This document shows, one piece after another, positions 58,677-64,000 of a stretch of 64,000 bases of DNA (positions are counted from its first letter, which is position 1; each line of letters opens with the position of its first letter). Source of the DNA: Eledone cirrhosa. Taxonomy: Eukaryota. The position numbers and the translations under genes are program-made. Location of the stretch: positions 24,118,001 to 24,182,000 of the forward strand of contig OZ024751.1 in the NCBI GenBank assembly GCA_964016885.1, written 5' to 3'. The notes beneath the pieces are model-generated. The model saw only the letters and a list, made by a program, of their open reading frames with translations. It was not told the origin of the DNA and searched no databases.

Positions 58677-59484
58677 AATATATGAACAATCGTCTGGTTG
58701 TGGAACCAACCAACCAACCGGAAATTTATAAATTCCTAAATTTATAAATTTAATTTATAATAAATTGAAGTGAAAGCAACTGGTGCGTGTGTTTCTTATT
58801 GGCAACATGACCCTCCCAAAGCATAACAATATATATATATATATACAGTCACTCTACTTCCTAACTCTTCTCCTCTTTCCTCTCTCTCTATACTATTCCG
58901 TTTGTCCCCTCACCTTCTAATTCCTCTTCCTCTCTCTCTATACTAGTAAATACAATTAAAAAAAATATATTTCTCTCTATATATTAAGAACTATTTCAAG
59001 AGTAACTTACTCACTATTTTGAAAATCTGGACGTGAACAACAATTATAATTGAGTGGCTGCTATTTGCAGTATAGCAATATAAGGTTGCACTTACCAATG
59101 AAACGGTCGTAAATACCTGGATAAATTCCTTCTCACGAAGTGTTCAACATATTCTATCTAAATGTACTATTTTTATAAAGATAGGAATTTAATAGTAAAC
59201 AACATATTACGTGACGCCTTGGGACAACAAATTTCAGTGAGTGAGTATGTTTATAGTGAAGGAGATTAGCTGAGTGGGTAGATAATTAGATTCGTCATCG
59301 TGAGGTTGTGAGTTCGATTACTGGACAGGGTGACGTGATATGACTTTGAGCAAGATATTTTATTTCACGTTCGCTCCTTCTACCTGGAGTTGCGACCGAT
59401 AGATAGTATAGGCAATTGGAAATACCAATGGAAACATTGTTTCCTCGGTCCGATTTGACGAAAATCGATCTACTGTCGATATAA

Positions 59485-59822
59485 TGGTATTTGAATTAGG
59501 CACAAGGTCAAAACTTTTGGGGGAGGGTAAAATCGAATAAATCGATCTCAGATCGTTACTGGTACTTTATTTTATCGAACCCGTAAGGATGAAAGGCAAA
59601 GCTAACTCAGATGGGATTTGAAATCAGAACGTAAAGGGACGTAGCTGCACGCCATAAAAGCATGTTGTCCGACGCTCTACCAACGTTACCAGCACGCCAC
59701 TTTATGTAAGTATATATATAATTGTTTCTACTATTGGCACAAGGCCAGCAATTATCCCAGTGTATTACTGGTACTTTATTTTATCGACCCCGTAAGGATG
59801 AAAGGCAAAGTTAACCTCGGCA
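59485..59822 (-). mobile_element. Two SINE family A copies
   Basis: Reverse complement cores at about 59485-59700 and 59720-59822. Confidence 0.85.
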
Positions 59823-60210
59823 CAAGTGAAATGGTTACACTTGTTCGTGAATGGAAATAATTCTTTCAGAGCTTTTCATTTCATTTGTCCAACAGTGCCC
59901 CCTTTATCTCATTTTATAATAATTTATTGTTAAAAGTATTCAGCATTGTAATTGAAGGTTTTCGTCATGTTGCAGGTCAAGCAATACATTACCACATATG
60001 AAGCTTTTTATTTAAATATTGGATATAGAATGTAAAATAATGGTGATAATATCACTATACTGTGAATAGTTCTTGTATTCACGCATTTACCAATTATTCC
60101 ACTGTCTGGCTGACGCTGACAAAATTGTAGGCTTTATATGTATTTATCTGATTTCGTTCTCTCTTATTTATCTCATAGCCTCAGGTAGAGTGAGACTGAC
60201 AATCGAATAT

Positions 60211-60259
<49 letters not shown>

Positions 60260-60265
60260 TGTATG

Positions 60266-60297
<32 letters not shown>

Positions 60298-61085
60298 CAT
60301 ATACATATATATATACATATATATACACACATATATATATACATATTTCTATCTATCTATCTAACTATCTGTCTATCTATCTGTCTCCCTCTCATTCTTA
60401 CTCTCTCTCTCTCCCCTCTTTTTTCTGTCTGTTTCTCAATTCTTGATTCGTTATCTCCCATTGCTTAAATATTCATTTGAATACATTAGTTAAAAGTCGA
60501 ATCTACCTGATGTGAATATATAAATATATATATATATATGTATACATATATATATAGGGAGAGAGAGAGAGAGATGAGAAAGAGTGTGAGAGAGAGAGAA
60601 ATAATTATATATATATATATATATATATCATCATTTAGATTCGATTTTAACGAGTCTATTCAAAGGTGCATTTAGCCTATGGGTGACAACGAAACAGGAC
60701 TCTAGAATGTTGATGATAGTTGTGTTAATTTTATTAATAACCCTAATTAATTATTGCCACTTCACTACTAAATCTTTATAAGTATATTCTATTTCTGGAA
60801 GTCATTTCAGTTATCATTGAGTAAGATGGTTGGTGGCACAGAGTTACAATGCCATAGGTACATAAATAATCTTATGGAAATGTGATATTTCATAAATTTA
60901 TAATACACATACACACACAGACATACACACACAGACATACACACACACACACACACAAACACATACACACACATACACAGACACACACACATACACACAC
61001 ACACGTCTTATCCGACAAATTCGTCTCAGACTGCCAATACTGGAATTGAAAGATCAAGACCATAGAGGTATCTCATATATCAAAT

Positions 61086-61162
61086 TATATATTTTATCTG
61101 ACGAGGACGTATTGGAAAAAAATCAACACAGTACCTTCGAAATATATATAATAAAGCATATA
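61086..61162 (+). ncRNA. Hammerhead ribozyme, distant family-1 relative
   Basis: tatatattttat-CTGACGA-weak stem II-GAAA-TATATATA-ataaagcatata. Confidence 0.62.
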
Positions 61163-61294
61163 TTTTGATTATGCGAATATCTTCATTTGTTAATATTTTG
61201 AATAATGTTAAACTCCAGGAATATTACATATTGAGTGCTTTTAATCTATTGTAAAACTGTATTCATTGAGTAATCAATGACCATATTAATCTTT

Positions 61295-61350
<56 letters not shown>

Positions 61351-61465
61351 GATTCCAGTTCCTCAGAGAAATACAACAACCCAACCAGGAGCTGGACATA
61401 TCGGAGTATTGACGGAGTAAAACACTTTAACAACATGTGTACCTGTCTCTACCACACCAAATCGA

Positions 61466-61520
61466 ACTGCCTGAAGAGGTCACAGCCAATGATGGCTGTC
61501 ACCGAAATATATATAGCAGT
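61466..61520 (+). ncRNA. Hammerhead ribozyme, well formed
   Basis: ACTGC-CTGAAGA-GGTcACAGCCA atga TGGCTGTcACC-GAAA-TATATATA-GCAGT. Confidence 0.85.
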
Positions 61521-61582
61521 ACATCTTTAATAAACGAAGCCAAATCTTAAATATTTGACTTAATTACTTTATTTTATATATA

Positions 61583-61658
<76 letters not shown>

Positions 61659-61691
61659 GTATATAAATGTATATATATATATATTTATATG

Positions 61692-62493
<802 letters not shown>

Positions 62494-62726
62494 TTACAAT
62501 AATCAAAGTTCAGTTTAAATCATTTATTTGCTTACAATTGTTTCCTCCAAACCGAGGTTTGGATTCTTCGGAGCAACTATTTAATGATCTATAACATACT
62601 TGACCTCCTTTTCAACACAAGAGACATATAAAAATATATGCATATATTGACCCACAGTGGGATGACATCCATCATAATGATATAGTATGGCAATTTACAT
62701 ATAAAGGTTAAAGGATAAAAATAAAA

Positions 62727-62780
<54 letters not shown>

Positions 62781-62794
62781 TTATATACTTGACT

Positions 62795-62925
62795 GCTACT
62801 ATTTTATCGACCTCAAAAAGATGAAAGACAAAGTTGACCTAAGCGGATTTTGAACCCAGAACGCAGAGAGCCAGAGCGAATATTACAAAATATTTTATGT
62901 GACATTCTAATGGCTTTGCTGGTTT
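62795..62925 (-). mobile_element. SINE family A, degraded
   Basis: ttttatcgacc...gatgaaagacaaagttgacc...tttgaacccagaac. Confidence 0.65.
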
Positions 62926-63667
62926 GATTTAATCTAGGTTAAATATGACGTATTTTCAGGAATTAATTAAAACGCATTATATAACATCTCTATTAGCTGT
63001 GATAAAATTCTTAATGTGTGAAATAAAGCCAGTATAATTAAATATATAAAATATTGTAATAGGATAATGAAACACTGAGAATGTTAATCTAGATCCATTA
63101 TCCGTTACCATTATATTGGCTATGTCAGTAACATTTCTCATATACATAGAAGGAAGCAGAATAGATAGGCATAGAGACGTTCAAATGAACAGTATTGATT
63201 TCACAAGATGAATCTTCTTAATTTCATTGAGCATGAACGGATAACAGCCGAAGAGGAAATTTACATTTTCTTTACATCAGTCAACGTGACTACATAGCAG
63301 AAAGAATAGAAACTAAATTAAATAGCGTGTAAGCTACTGTTTCTCAGATTCTACTAATATTAAACTATACATAAGCCGTCTTTATATCTCACTGAATGTT
63401 AGACATACAGGCGCAGAATGTTCAAGGCTGTTGAACCTAAGTAAGATATAGAAAGAATTTTAAATCATCCCGATAGTTACCCAATATGTGAATGTCGAAC
63501 AAGCTTATTTATCTATATAGCAGTGTCTTGTAGTAGATTTTGTCGTTGATGCTGTTGTTGAGGTTGCTGTTAACACAATACATTTCTACAAAGATTTTAT
63601 GTTCTGCATCAAAAGTATTGGAATCTGCATTCTTTTTCACACATTGTGTAGAGCTATCTCACTCCTT

Positions 63668-63802
<135 letters not shown>

Positions 63803-63914
63803 ACCGTTAAGGCTGTCTTTTTTTCCGGGTATGTCAATATTTATTTATAAAAGAAATCTGTATTTTATGTGATGAAAGCGCACCATAATTTGCCTTGGTT
63901 CCTCTTGAAATATA

Positions 63915-63979
<65 letters not shown>

Positions 63980-64000
63980 TTATGAAATACCAATAATGAA

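Larger units (their letters stand above)
57847..58830. mobile_element. PLE family-5 fold-back: ~400-bp arms around a 120-bp coding relic
   Basis: 57905-58298 inverted to 58421-58830; spacer on the minus strand reads EIKIESTHRKDAMFRQTTKAININERQPKLNRKH*W. Confidence 0.8.

Noticed and set aside
63860-63920. Family-1 HHR copy
   Set aside because: Core reads GTGATGA, stem II is decayed and the 3' strand is lost in (TA)n; not counted as a ribozyme

Overview
Very AT-rich, microsatellite-saturated animal genomic DNA. The two tRNA-derived SINE families resemble those described from octopus, so a cephalopod is inferred. No host protein-coding gene is recognisable, and almost all listed ORFs are (TA)n/(TG)n/(GA)n artefacts. 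Decayed mobile elements are abundant: R4/Dong-type REL LINEs in (TAA)n, RTE, CR1, Vingi/Ingi-like and CRE-like relics, MITEs and more than 25 SINE pieces. The main hidden signal is about 20 minimal type-I hammerhead ribozyme (HHR) motifs from about 9 sequence-unrelated families. Many lie in asymmetric fold-back (inverted) elements bordered by (TA)n. Two of these elements retain GIY-YIG C-terminal coding relics of Penelope-like elements (PLEs). Two families carry a compensatory U3:A8 core, one has a ~115-nt stem II, and one forms a ~424-nt partial tandem resembling a retrozyme. Several unrelated families share a 3' tail hairpin (ACTC-stem-2 nt bulge-GAGT) that I do not recognise from known elements. 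All structures were folded by eye, and coordinates are approximate to within a few bases.
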